Sequence record: SRR31156797_707 | DNA: 64,000 nucleotides | Direction: 5' to 3' (one strand) | Position numbers and translations under genes: made by a program | Shown here: one piece after another, positions 19,862 through 28,320 of the stretch | Layout: each line of letters starts with the position of its first letter | Numbering within the stretch: position 1 is the first letter of the stretch | The notes under the pieces: model-generated | Database searches by the model: none | What the model was told of the DNA's origin: nothing | The model's input: the letters and a program-made list of their open reading frames with translations, nothing else

Positions 19862-20428
19862 GTGAATAACATTTCAAATGAGAACAAGAAAAGTAATACC
19901 AAGATTTTTAAGTACGTCCTTGCCTCTGCTCTCTTGCTCCTCATAATAATCATGCTGTACCCATCAAAAAATATCGGCTATGACGAAGGAACAATAAAAA
20001 ATTACAAACTAGTTTCTATAGATGATTCGAACATGCCTACCTCTGCATCAGCTGTGGTTTACTCACCGGCTGACACCCTCGAAAACAGAGCAGCTACAAT
20101 CATTAAGGCAGCGATGGATATACAATATGAGCACGGTTTTGAAAAACTCAAAGTATCTATGATGTGTGATACAGGCTCTGGAAACATGTGTGCATCAGCA
20201 GAATTTACTCCTAGTACAGACAAATGGAAAGTAATGTCTAGCGCTGAAATAGCAACCGCTGTTCAGCTTGATGTATCAACATTATGGAAGATGAACAGTG
20301 AAAAATTTACTGAGAATAACTACCTTGACGAACATCAGCTCTCTAAATACATAGCAAGCCAGCTGAAAATAAATATCAAAGCGGTAAAGCTTCCTTTTTA
20401 TGATTTAACAATGGTTTATAAAAACTAG
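19862..20428 (+). CDS. hypothetical membrane-anchored protein
   Basis: One N-terminal TM helix; GTG start after AGGGG chosen over 19787. Confidence 0.6.
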   Translation: MNNISNENKKSNTKIFKYVLASALLLLIIIMLYPSKNIGYDEGTIKNYKLVSIDDSNMPTSASAVVYSPADTLENRAATIIKAAMDIQYEHGFEKLKVSMMCDTGSGNMCASAEFTPSTDKWKVMSSAEIATAVQLDVSTLWKMNSEKFTENNYLDEHQLSKYIASQLKINIKAVKLPFYDLTMVYKN

Positions 20429-20453
20429 CCCACATATTCTAAGTTGTATAAAA

Positions 20454-20837
20454 CTATGCACAATCGCTAATCTTCGAAAGCAAGCCGTCTTTGAATTCGA
20501 AAAGTGAAAAACCTTCAACAGACATTGTTTCGCCAGCTTTTACACCGTTAGGCAGGTCAATAGCGAACTCTGCGTTAAAGCCTATATCTACCCTAACTTG
20601 AATCTCTTCGTGAGTGATTTTCTTTATGCTCTGCTCACGCACTCTGAATAACTGCAATGTCTGTGTGGCGAGTTGTATGAGTGAGTTTTTACCGTAAATC
20701 TCCATGTTCACCACGTCGCCAGCCATATTTCGGAATACAACCTCGTCGTGCGCACAGGCAACCATGCCGTCCACATCCTTCGAGTTGTAAGCTTCTATAT
20801 ACCTCATAATTAATTGTTCTTTCTCTAATTCAGTCAC
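20454..20837 (-). CDS. NTF2-like / SnoaL-like domain protein
   Basis: YIEAYN-x-x-DVDGM...V-x-F-x-N...G-x-S-x-FEF-x-DG; AGGAG RBS 6 nt before GTG. Confidence 0.8.
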   Translation of the reverse strand: MTELEKEQLIMRYIEAYNSKDVDGMVACAHDEVVFRNMAGDVVNMEIYGKNSLIQLATQTLQLFRVREQSIKKITHEEIQVRVDIGFNAEFAIDLPNGVKAGETMSVEGFSLFEFKDGLLSKISDCA

Positions 20838-20850
20838 ATCATACTCCTAG

Positions 20851-20876
20851 AAAAAGCCCGCCAAAAGACGGGCTTT
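20851..20876 (-). terminator. intrinsic terminator immediately upstream of the SnoaL-like gene RBS
   Basis: Minus strand AAAGCCCGTCTTTTGGCGGGCTTTTT, then CT-AGGAG. Confidence 0.8.
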
Positions 20877-20880
20877 AAGT

Positions 20881-20955
20881 TTATGCGAATTTACGCTTAA
20901 AATATTTTTTCAGTTTGTCCCAAACACTTGGGACATGACATAAAAGTCAAAGCAT
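20881..20955 (-). CDS. candidate 24-aa selenopeptide MLULLCHVPSVWDKLKKYFKRKFA
   Basis: ATG CTT TGA CTT TTA TGT CAT...GCA TAA; UGA at 20949-20947; SECIS-like hairpin starts 11 nt downstream; no obvious RBS. Confidence 0.45.
20916..20935 (-). promoter_or_regulatory. SECIS-like hairpin
   Basis: TGTCCCAA-GTGT-TTGGGACA perfect 8-bp stem; G-first loop 19 nt after the UGA. Confidence 0.5.
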
Positions 20956-20976
20956 TTTTATTACTACACTTTTTTA

Positions 20977-21091
20977 ATATGCTACGCCTAAAACTTTCCG
21001 GCTCCAGATTGTCGCCTTCCAAATACTACATAAGGCGAGTAACCGAGCCGACGAACGTGGAACTACAGCCAACGTTCACAGCCTAACATAT
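20977..21091 (-). repeat. multi-stem structured intergenic element (REP-like repeat or ncRNA)
   Basis: Outer stem ATATGTTA/TAGCATAT; inner stems GAACG..CGTTC, CGGCTC..GAGCCG, TCGCCTT..AAGGCGA. Confidence 0.5.
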
Positions 21092-21111
21092 CGCCCGCAG
21101 GTGCTACCTGA

Positions 21112-22041
21112 TCAGCCGTCAGCGTTGATGGAGATGATAAGCTCTTTAAGCACATCCTCAGCCTTATCGTTAGCCACCTGACAGGTACCAGCGTTCATAT
21201 GACCGCCGCCGCCGTAACGGAGCATCAGCTCGCCGATGTTTGTATTGGATGATCTATCGAAGATAGATTTACCTGTCGCGAAAACAGTATTCTGCTTTTT
21301 AAGCCCCCACATAACATGTATGGAGATATTCTGCTCAGGAAAAAGAGCGTAAACTACGAACCTGTTACCAGTGTATATGATCTCTTCCTCACGAAGGTCG
21401 AGAACAACGAGGTTTTTATGTGTTGTCGCACATCTGTTGATCTGGGTGATGCACTGGATCTGCTGGCTAAGGTAAAGCTCTGCCCTCTCCTTCACATCAG
21501 GATCTTCCATAATCTTATCAATAGGCTGATCTTTACAGAGGTCGATAAGCTTCATCATGAGGTCGTAGTTTGAGATTTTGAAATCTCTGAAACGACCGAG
21601 ACCGGTTCTAGCATCCATAAGGAAGTTCATAAGATCCCAGTCCCTAGGGTTAAGTACCTGGTCCTGTGTGAAATCCGCAGAGTCACCTCTGTCTACCGCT
21701 TCCATCATTTCTACAGAGATAGAAGGAAACTTTTTCTCGCCGCCGTAGTAGTTATAAACAACTCTCGCAGCAGATGGAGCATCCGGATCAATTATATGGT
21801 TGTCCTTCTCTTCCACTCTGATAGTTTCGCTAAGGTGGTGGTCGAAAGCGATGTGTACGCCTTCTACGTATGGAAGGTTAGTGGTAATGTCGTTTCCAGT
21901 GATCTCAATAAGCCCATCTTGCATGTCCTTTGGGTGAACAAATTTAATGTCGTCGATGAGGTCAAGGTCCTTCAGCAGAACTGCGCAAACGAGTCCGTCG
22001 AAGTCACTTCTGGTAACAAGTCTAAATTTGTTATCAGCCAT
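21112..22041 (-). CDS. DHH family phosphoesterase (NanoRNase/pAp phosphatase-like)
   Basis: RSDFDG, FDHH, PSAARV, GGGGH motifs. Confidence 0.85.
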   Translation of the reverse strand: MADNKFRLVTRSDFDGLVCAVLLKDLDLIDDIKFVHPKDMQDGLIEITGNDITTNLPYVEGVHIAFDHHLSETIRVEEKDNHIIDPDAPSAARVVYNYYGGEKKFPSISVEMMEAVDRGDSADFTQDQVLNPRDWDLMNFLMDARTGLGRFRDFKISNYDLMMKLIDLCKDQPIDKIMEDPDVKERAELYLSQQIQCITQINRCATTHKNLVVLDLREEEIIYTGNRFVVYALFPEQNISIHVMWGLKKQNTVFATGKSIFDRSSNTNIGELMLRYGGGGHMNAGTCQVANDKAEDVLKELIISINADG

Positions 22042-22627
22042 TTGTATCTCCTGTATATTTTTTTGCTAAATCGTAATCGTCTCTTGTATTAATATTTATA
22101 AACGATTTTTTCTCATTTTCCGAGCTAAAAAGGGAATCTTCACCTAAATAAACTGTATCGAGTTTTTTGACTGTCTTCATAAGACTAAACTCACCCTTCT
22201 CTACAGCAGAGTCAAGGTTCTGTATAATATTTGTATTATAACACGCATATAAAGGATGTACCTTACTATCTATCTCGGGCATTGCACATACGTGATCACC
22301 AAGAGAATTTAAAAGCTTTTTAACGTGCTCCGGCTCAGGGAAAGGTACATCTGCGGCAACGATGAATATAGGCGTCTGAAAGTGTTTCAAGGCTGTCAGA
22401 ATACCAACCATCGGGCACTGCACCTCATAAGCGTCTGTAATACAGGGTACATTAGTAAAATTGTATTTTGAACAATCTTTCGCCACTATTATAATATTAT
22501 CAGCAATAGGGGAAAGAGCGTCTATCGGGTGCCGAATGAGAGGCTTGCCGTCAAAAAGCTCTAAGGTTTTATCACCGTCAAACCTTCTGCTCTGACCGCC
22601 CGCCATGACAGCTATATTTATTTCCAC
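22034..22627 (-). CDS. mobA: molybdenum cofactor guanylyltransferase
   Basis: MAGGQSRRF-x-x-DK, P-x-x-GI, DVP, HPL-x-A-x-Y, NINT. Confidence 0.9.
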   Translation of the reverse strand: MEINIAVMAGGQSRRFDGDKTLELFDGKPLIRHPIDALSPIADNIIIVAKDCSKYNFTNVPCITDAYEVQCPMVGILTALKHFQTPIFIVAADVPFPEPEHVKKLLNSLGDHVCAMPEIDSKVHPLYACYNTNIIQNLDSAVEKGEFSLMKTVKKLDTVYLGEDSLFSSENEKKSFININTRDDYDLAKKYTGDTNG

Positions 22628-22699
22628 TGGTTATCCTTCTGCTTGCATTTTATACAGTTTACACATAAATTTGAAATTACACAAATAGATGGAGCAGTT

Positions 22700-23200
22700 A
22701 TGAAACCTTTAATATCATTTGTAGGTACATCAGGATGCGGAAAAACTACCCTTATAGTAAAAGTGATTAGCGAGCTAGTCAGCAGAGGATATAAAGTATC
22801 AACAATTAAACACGATGCACACGATTTTCAGATGGATAAAGAAGGGAAAGATACATGGAGACACAAAGACGCAGGCGCATCAGCTATCGTCATCTCTAAC
22901 AAGCGGAAATTTGCAGTTATCAGCGACGTTGAAGAGGAAAAGTCGATTTTTGAACTAGCAGAGATGCTCCCTGAGAATACTGATATTATTATCGCAGAAG
23001 GCTTTAAGCAGGAGCTTCAAAATAAGATAGAAGTTTACCGATACGGCTATTCAACAAAACTTCAGTGCCGTAATGATGAAAAGCTTATTGCCATCGCCAC
23101 AGACTGCCCAAGCGATCCTGAAGTCCAAGGTTTCAGACATCTGGACCTTAATAATGTAAATGAAGTTTGTAACTTTATCGTAGAAACACTAGATATTTAA
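22700..23200 (+). CDS. mobB: molybdopterin-guanine dinucleotide biosynthesis protein B
   Basis: G-x-SG-x-GKTT, IKH-x-x-H, GKDTWRH, EGFK; ATG after GGAG. Confidence 0.92.
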   Translation: MKPLISFVGTSGCGKTTLIVKVISELVSRGYKVSTIKHDAHDFQMDKEGKDTWRHKDAGASAIVISNKRKFAVISDVEEEKSIFELAEMLPENTDIIIAEGFKQELQNKIEVYRYGYSTKLQCRNDEKLIAIATDCPSDPEVQGFRHLDLNNVNEVCNFIVETLDI

Positions 23201-23811
23201 GCAGAATAGACATCAAAGATAATATCAATTGCCGCTGATATAACTTCCAGATCACGCTCTGGTCTTGGCTGTTCAAACATACCGATCATCACCGGCCAGA
23301 AGAGTGACTCTTTTATCATTCCTACGTACTGCTGGGCGGCGAGTGGAACGTCGTCAGTTTTGATAATCCCTGAGTCATTCAACTTAACAAAAAATTCCTC
23401 AATAGAACCTAGTATAGTCTTTATGCCATGCTCAGAATATAAATTCTTAAGCTCAGGAAACCTGCCTGACTCACCCATAACAAGACGCATCATCTTAGTA
23501 AACCGGTCAGAACGAAGCATTTCAAGAGTGCTGACAGTATAGTCGATAAATATTTTTTTAATATCCGCACCATCGTCAAACTCAAGTGAAGGTCTGTCAA
23601 AAGAAGCCCATATAAGCTTCACTATCTCGCCAAAAAGCTCCTCTTTTGATGAAAAGTGGTTATAGACAGTTCTTTTGGAAACACGTGCCTTGCACGCAAC
23701 TTCATCCATAGAAACATTACCGTACCCTTTATCTAAAAATAGATTTGATGCAGCACTAACGATGGACTCTCTTTTTTTCTCAGAAAACTTACTGCACTTT
23801 TTACCAAACAT
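23197..23811 (-). CDS. TetR/AcrR family transcriptional regulator
   Basis: LFLDKGY...SMDEVA...VSKRTVYNHFSSKEELF HTH. Confidence 0.92.
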   Translation of the reverse strand: MFGKKCSKFSEKKRESIVSAASNLFLDKGYGNVSMDEVACKARVSKRTVYNHFSSKEELFGEIVKLIWASFDRPSLEFDDGADIKKIFIDYTVSTLEMLRSDRFTKMMRLVMGESGRFPELKNLYSEHGIKTILGSIEEFFVKLNDSGIIKTDDVPLAAQQYVGMIKESLFWPVMIGMFEQPRPERDLEVISAAIDIIFDVYSA

Positions 23812-23894
23812 TTCATCCTCTTTATGATTCTAAGTATATGTAAAACTTTATAAAAAATCGACATAAAAAAAATCTATTGACAGATCAGTTTTAA

Positions 23895-23918
23895 AAACTA
23901 CACTATACAGTGTAGTTT
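23895..23918. promoter_or_regulatory. palindromic operator over the aldo/keto reductase promoter (probable TetR site)
   Basis: AAACTACACT-ATAC-AGTGTAGTTT; TTGACA at 23877, TACACT -10 inside the palindrome. Confidence 0.7.
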
Positions 23919-23938
23919 ACATTAACGGAGGATTTATT

Positions 23939-24925
23939 ATGAAAACGAGAAAGATCGGAAATCAAGGGCTGGAATCTTCAGCAATGGGACTCGGTTGTAT
24001 GGGAATGAGTGACTTCTATGGTGACAGAGATGATAAAGAGTCAATAAATGTCATACATGAAGCAATCGATAAAGGGGTAACACTCCTTGACACTGCCGAT
24101 ATGTATGGAATCGGTGCAAACGAAGAGCTTGTCGGGAAAGCTTTAAAAGGCAAAAGAGAAAAAGTCGTGTTAGCTACAAAATTCGGTATTGTTCGTGAAG
24201 AAGGAAATATGAATTTTGGTATAAACGGCAGACCGGAATATGTTAAATCCGCATGCGAAGCTAGCTTAAAGAGGCTTGGTGTAGAGACTATCGACCTTTA
24301 TTACCAGCATAGGAAAGACCCCGAAGTTGAGATTGAAGAGACCGTTGGTGCTATGTCTGAGCTTGTCAAAGAAGGTAAAGTCAGATATTTAGGACTTTCA
24401 GAAATGAATGGAAGCACGATCCGCAGAGCCCACGCTGTACACCCTATTTCAGCACTCCAGTCTGAGTATTCGCTCTGGACAAGGGATGTTGAAGAGGCAT
24501 CTATGAAAGAGTGCCGAGAGCTCGGAATAAGCCTTGTTGCATACAGCCCGCTAGGGAGAGGTTTTTTGACCGGATCATTTAAAAAAACTGATGATTTTGC
24601 AAATAATGACTACAGGAAATTCAGCCCTAGGTTCGCCAAAGAAAATATTGAAGAGAACTATAAGATGGTTGAAAAGCTTATACAATATTCTGACCAGCTC
24701 GGTATCAAACCATCACAGCTTGCTATAGCCTGGACAATGGCTAAGGGTGAAGACATCATCCCTATCCCGGGGACTAAAAGGATGAAATATCTTTTAGATA
24801 ATATCGAAGCGGCGAATATCAAATTTACACCAGAACAGCTAAAACATATCGAAGAGATCATAGATATAGATAAGGTTAAAGGGCTTAGGTATGCTGAAGA
24901 ATCGATGAAAGCTATTAACCTTTAA
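23939..24925 (+). CDS. aldo/keto reductase
   Basis: GLGCMGMS, DTADMYG, ATKFG, IDLYYQHR, GLSE, YSPLGRG, IPIPGT. Confidence 0.95.
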   Translation: MKTRKIGNQGLESSAMGLGCMGMSDFYGDRDDKESINVIHEAIDKGVTLLDTADMYGIGANEELVGKALKGKREKVVLATKFGIVREEGNMNFGINGRPEYVKSACEASLKRLGVETIDLYYQHRKDPEVEIEETVGAMSELVKEGKVRYLGLSEMNGSTIRRAHAVHPISALQSEYSLWTRDVEEASMKECRELGISLVAYSPLGRGFLTGSFKKTDDFANNDYRKFSPRFAKENIEENYKMVEKLIQYSDQLGIKPSQLAIAWTMAKGEDIIPIPGTKRMKYLLDNIEAANIKFTPEQLKHIEEIIDIDKVKGLRYAEESMKAINL

Positions 24926-24949
24926 TACCTCTCACAACACCTCTGGAAC

Positions 24950-24983
24950 AAAAAAAGCCCGCTCCTAATAAGAACGGGCTTTT
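24950..24983. terminator. bidirectional intrinsic terminator
   Basis: AAAAAAAGCCCG...CGGGCTTTT between convergent genes. Confidence 0.8.
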
Positions 24984-25031
24984 ATATTTATTAGTCTACC
25001 CACTTAGAAAGCAGGTTAAGCATTACGCTTA

Positions 25032-26237
25032 TTACTCACCAATTTTGCAAGGCTGAGTGTCACAATTAACGCCAGCATCTACGAAATAGAATCTATCAAG
25101 ATCAGCAGGCTTGCAATCGTCAGCGAGGAAGAAGTAAGTCTCTCCAGCTCTACCGCCAGATGCACAATGGAAAACTACTTTTCCTTCAGGCATTTGTGCG
25201 AGGAAAGCATCACAACCTTTAGCAACTTCTTTAGAACTTACCTTTACTGTACCAGGGATAGCGCCAGCAGCGATTTCGTCAGCGTTACGAACGTCAACAA
25301 CAGTTACGCCAGCAGCAGCTCTTTTAGCTGGGTCAAGAAGGTTAGAGATAAAGAACTCAGTAGTAACGATTCCTGGCTCTTCAACAGGAAGACCAGCAGT
25401 GGATGCAGCAGCTTTCTTCATAGGAGCAGCGGCAGCAGCGCCACCTTTAGACATTGGGAGTCCAGCTTTTTTCCATGCAGGTGCGCCAGCAGCGAGTACG
25501 AATACTTTTTTGTATCCCATCTTAACCATGTGGCGAGCTACAGCGTGAGACTTCTCACACTTGAATCCGCCGCAGAAAGTAACTGCAGGAGCTTTTTTAT
25601 CTTTAGGAAGGTTGCCAACAAACTGAGCAAACTTTGTATCAGGAACTACAACAGAACCAGTGATTGTGCTCTTCTTAAACTTTCTTTCAGGACGTGCGTC
25701 GATGAAAGTAGCTTTTTTCTTGTAGAGCTTCTCAGCGCCTTTAAGAGTAACTTCGTTGTAGTTACCAGCTTTGTTCCAAGCAGGCTGACCAACGAGGAAA
25801 ACTTTTACATTTGTGTAACCGAGAGATCTAAGTTTCTTAGCTACGATAAGCGATTTTCCACATTTAACACCACCGCAGTATGTTGCGATAAGTGCATCTT
25901 TAGGAAGATTAAGTTTCTGGAAAGCAGGAAGGTACATGTCCATTTTTGTATCAGGAATAAGCTTAGCTGTAGGAACGTGACCACCGTCAAACTTTCTAGC
26001 AGGACGAGCATCTACGAGAGTTCCTCTCTTAGCATTCCATACACCGTTACCAACGATAGCTTTAGCTGTAGCGAGATCGATCATCTCAAATCCAGCAGCC
26101 TTAACTTTGTCAGCTACACTAGCTTTTCCGTGTCCACCATCAGCAGGCTTAACTTCTTTAGCAGCCTGTCCACAACCGAGAGCCATGAGTGCAACCATAA
26201 GTGCAACTACTATGAGCATCTTGTTCATAAAACGCAT
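25032..26237 (-). CDS. triple rhodanese-domain sulfurtransferase lipoprotein
   Basis: Lipobox LGC; three D-A/V-R repeats with loops YCGGVKCGKS, FCGGFKCEKS, HCASGGRA; GGAGG 6 nt before ATG 26237. Confidence 0.88.
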   Translation of the reverse strand: MRFMNKMLIVVALMVALMALGCGQAAKEVKPADGGHGKASVADKVKAAGFEMIDLATAKAIVGNGVWNAKRGTLVDARPARKFDGGHVPTAKLIPDTKMDMYLPAFQKLNLPKDALIATYCGGVKCGKSLIVAKKLRSLGYTNVKVFLVGQPAWNKAGNYNEVTLKGAEKLYKKKATFIDARPERKFKKSTITGSVVVPDTKFAQFVGNLPKDKKAPAVTFCGGFKCEKSHAVARHMVKMGYKKVFVLAAGAPAWKKAGLPMSKGGAAAAAPMKKAAASTAGLPVEEPGIVTTEFFISNLLDPAKRAAAGVTVVDVRNADEIAAGAIPGTVKVSSKEVAKGCDAFLAQMPEGKVVFHCASGGRAGETYFFLADDCKPADLDRFYFVDAGVNCDTQPCKIGE

Positions 26238-26449
26238 AAACAACCTCCAACGTTTTGTTTCTTCTTTACTTATAACATTGTTCTATTTGCTGTATATTAA
26301 TATCTGAATAGTAGTATATAATAGTATTCATATCTTAATATACTTGCATATTATTGTTTACTTAACAAACCTTTACAAATACCACACTCGTAAAGACATT
26401 TTTCAACAACAGTTTGATTATACATCATATTACATGTTTCGCAATGTTT

Positions 26450-26461
26450 ATTGTATACAAT
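26450..26461. promoter_or_regulatory. ATTGTATACAAT palindrome (GntR-type operator candidate)
   Basis: Perfect 12-bp palindrome upstream of the rhodanese gene; recurs in the window. Confidence 0.6.
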
Positions 26462-26476
26462 CTTTAAAAAACTTAC

Positions 26477-26505
26477 AAAAAAAAAGGCGACCAAAAGGCC
26501 GCCTT
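26477..26505 (-). terminator. intrinsic terminator of oxidoreductase operon 1
   Basis: GGCGGCC/GGTCGCC stem plus 9 U on minus strand. Confidence 0.8.
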
Positions 26506-26528
26506 AAATAACTAATAGTTTTTAGTTC

Positions 26529-27740
26529 TTAGTGATGGTCAGGTGTATCAAGTTTAAGGAATTTTTCAGCACTGAAGTAAAGTACAAGAGCTGTACCTAT
26601 TCCGAGCATAAAGATTCCCCACTCACCAGCAGAAGCTGAGTAAGCAGCAAGACCACTAGCATCAGTTATAACACCGGAACCGAGGTCACCGGATCTCATA
26701 ACAGGAAGCTGTCCAGCAACTACGAAGTCAAATCTTGTGAAGAAAAGTCCTACCATGAAGACAAGTCCTGCAAGACCGAACATCTTAGTGTTCCCTTTAG
26801 CTACAAGAAGAATGAGAAGAGGAACTATGATAGCAAGTCCCATTTCGCCAATCCAGAAGTTTGCAGCAAGCGGACCAGAGATAAGAGCCATAACAGACTC
26901 ATAAGCGCCGTCAGGAGCGTTAAAAAGGGATGAGAGGATTTTCCAAAGATAGAGGAACATCATCATACCAATACCACCGCCCATAAGCTTAGCGAGAGAT
27001 TTCATAGGTTTTTCAAGTTCTGCTGGGATGTTAAACTTGTATACAATGTTATGCACGAGCATAAGTAGTCCTGCACCCGCTGTGATACCTGATATCACAA
27101 GGAATGTGGAGAAATATATGCCGTGGAACCAAGGTCTTGCACTCAGTGAACCGAATACAAATCCGAGGTTAGATGTAGCAAGTGTACCAACAAGAAGAGC
27201 AAGGAAACCGAGAATAGCCGCAAGTTTGTGGTCTTTCTCAGTAGGGTTAGACTTGAATACGAGGATAAGCTCGAATGCAAGAATCACAAGCTCTATACCG
27301 TAGAAGACACCCATCCAGAGGATAGGAGCTTTAAGGTTAGGAGTAAGGATCATGTATATCATCATTCTGATAGGGTGACCGATCTCCATAAGGATCTGTG
27401 TAAAACCAGCGATGAGAACGAAAGTAGCGAGTACAACGATTCTTCTGCTGATTTTGTTATAAGACTCAAATCCAAAAGCGTGTCCGAGACCGCCGATGAA
27501 TGCGAGACCTGTAGATGTAATTACGAAGTAAGCGTAAGTAGCGATGAGCATTCCCCAAGGCACTTGTCTTGTTACGCCGTACATTTCGCCGTGACCTTTT
27601 ATGAAAACCATAAGAGCTGTCACAGCGCCAATTCCTGCAAGCACAAGTCCGATGAGGATAAGTGGCAATACAGGGATATCTTTATTGTAAGTTATAAGCC
27701 CAGCGAGAGGGCTTTTCTTAGTTTCTGCGTGTGCTGACAT
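26529..27740 (-). CDS. NrfD/PsrC-family membrane anchor subunit (operon 1)
   Basis: VPWG-x-x-I-x-x-Y-x-YFV-x-x-STG, EIGHP-x-R, ARPWFHG, RFDFVVAGQ; about 10 TM. Confidence 0.9.
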   Translation of the reverse strand: MSAHAETKKSPLAGLITYNKDIPVLPLILIGLVLAGIGAVTALMVFIKGHGEMYGVTRQVPWGMLIATYAYFVITSTGLAFIGGLGHAFGFESYNKISRRIVVLATFVLIAGFTQILMEIGHPIRMMIYMILTPNLKAPILWMGVFYGIELVILAFELILVFKSNPTEKDHKLAAILGFLALLVGTLATSNLGFVFGSLSARPWFHGIYFSTFLVISGITAGAGLLMLVHNIVYKFNIPAELEKPMKSLAKLMGGGIGMMMFLYLWKILSSLFNAPDGAYESVMALISGPLAANFWIGEMGLAIIVPLLILLVAKGNTKMFGLAGLVFMVGLFFTRFDFVVAGQLPVMRSGDLGSGVITDASGLAAYSASAGEWGIFMLGIGTALVLYFSAEKFLKLDTPDHH

Positions 27741-27754
27741 TATTATCCTCCACC

Positions 27755-28309
27755 TTACTTAATGTAGAAAAGTCTTGGCTTAGTCTTCTTATCAGCCTTA
27801 AGCTGGTAAGTAGCATTTTTGCCTTTAAGTTTAGCTACTTCTGAGTTTGGATCATTAAGATCACCAAAAGTACGAACCTTTGTAGGACATGTTTCTACAC
27901 ATGCTGGCTCTCTACCTTCTGCAAGTCTGTGGTAGCAGAAAGTACATTTCTCGATCGCATGGTGTGCATGTGAGTCGAATCTAGCGTCGTATGGACAAGC
28001 TGTCATACAAGCTTTGCAAAGGATACATTTCTTGTAGTCGATAAGTACAACACCCTCTTCTGTCTTATAAGTAGCAGAAGTAGGACATACTGTCGCACAA
28101 GGTGTATTTTCGCAGTGCTGACACTGAGATGGCTCAAATTCCATGCTAAGGTTAGGATATGTTCCCTGAACAGGCTTTTGTGTTACCCAAATTCTATAGT
28201 TATCGTCACCAGGGTGAATAACATTTTCGAATTTGCAGGCAACAGTACATGCTTTACAGTTCAGGCATTTTCTTGCATCAAGTACAATTCCGAATTTCTT
28301 TTCGCTCAT
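27755..28309 (-). CDS. 4Fe-4S dicluster electron-transfer subunit, PsrB/NrfC-like (operon 1)
   Basis: CLNCKACTVAC, CQHCENTPCATVCP, CILCKACMTACP, KCTFC...PACVETCP. Confidence 0.93.
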   Translation of the reverse strand: MSEKKFGIVLDARKCLNCKACTVACKFENVIHPGDDNYRIWVTQKPVQGTYPNLSMEFEPSQCQHCENTPCATVCPTSATYKTEEGVVLIDYKKCILCKACMTACPYDARFDSHAHHAIEKCTFCYHRLAEGREPACVETCPTKVRTFGDLNDPNSEVAKLKGKNATYQLKADKKTKPRLFYIK

Positions 28310-28320
28310 TGTTGCCTCCG

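Noticed and set aside
21090-21114. UGA stop of the DHH gene followed by a small hairpin
   Set aside because: Protein appears complete; hairpin is adjacent to the stop rather than at SECIS spacing.
25167-26300. 377-aa plus-strand ORF
   Set aside because: Antisense shadow of the rhodanese gene; Ser/Phe-rich composition reflects codon bias.
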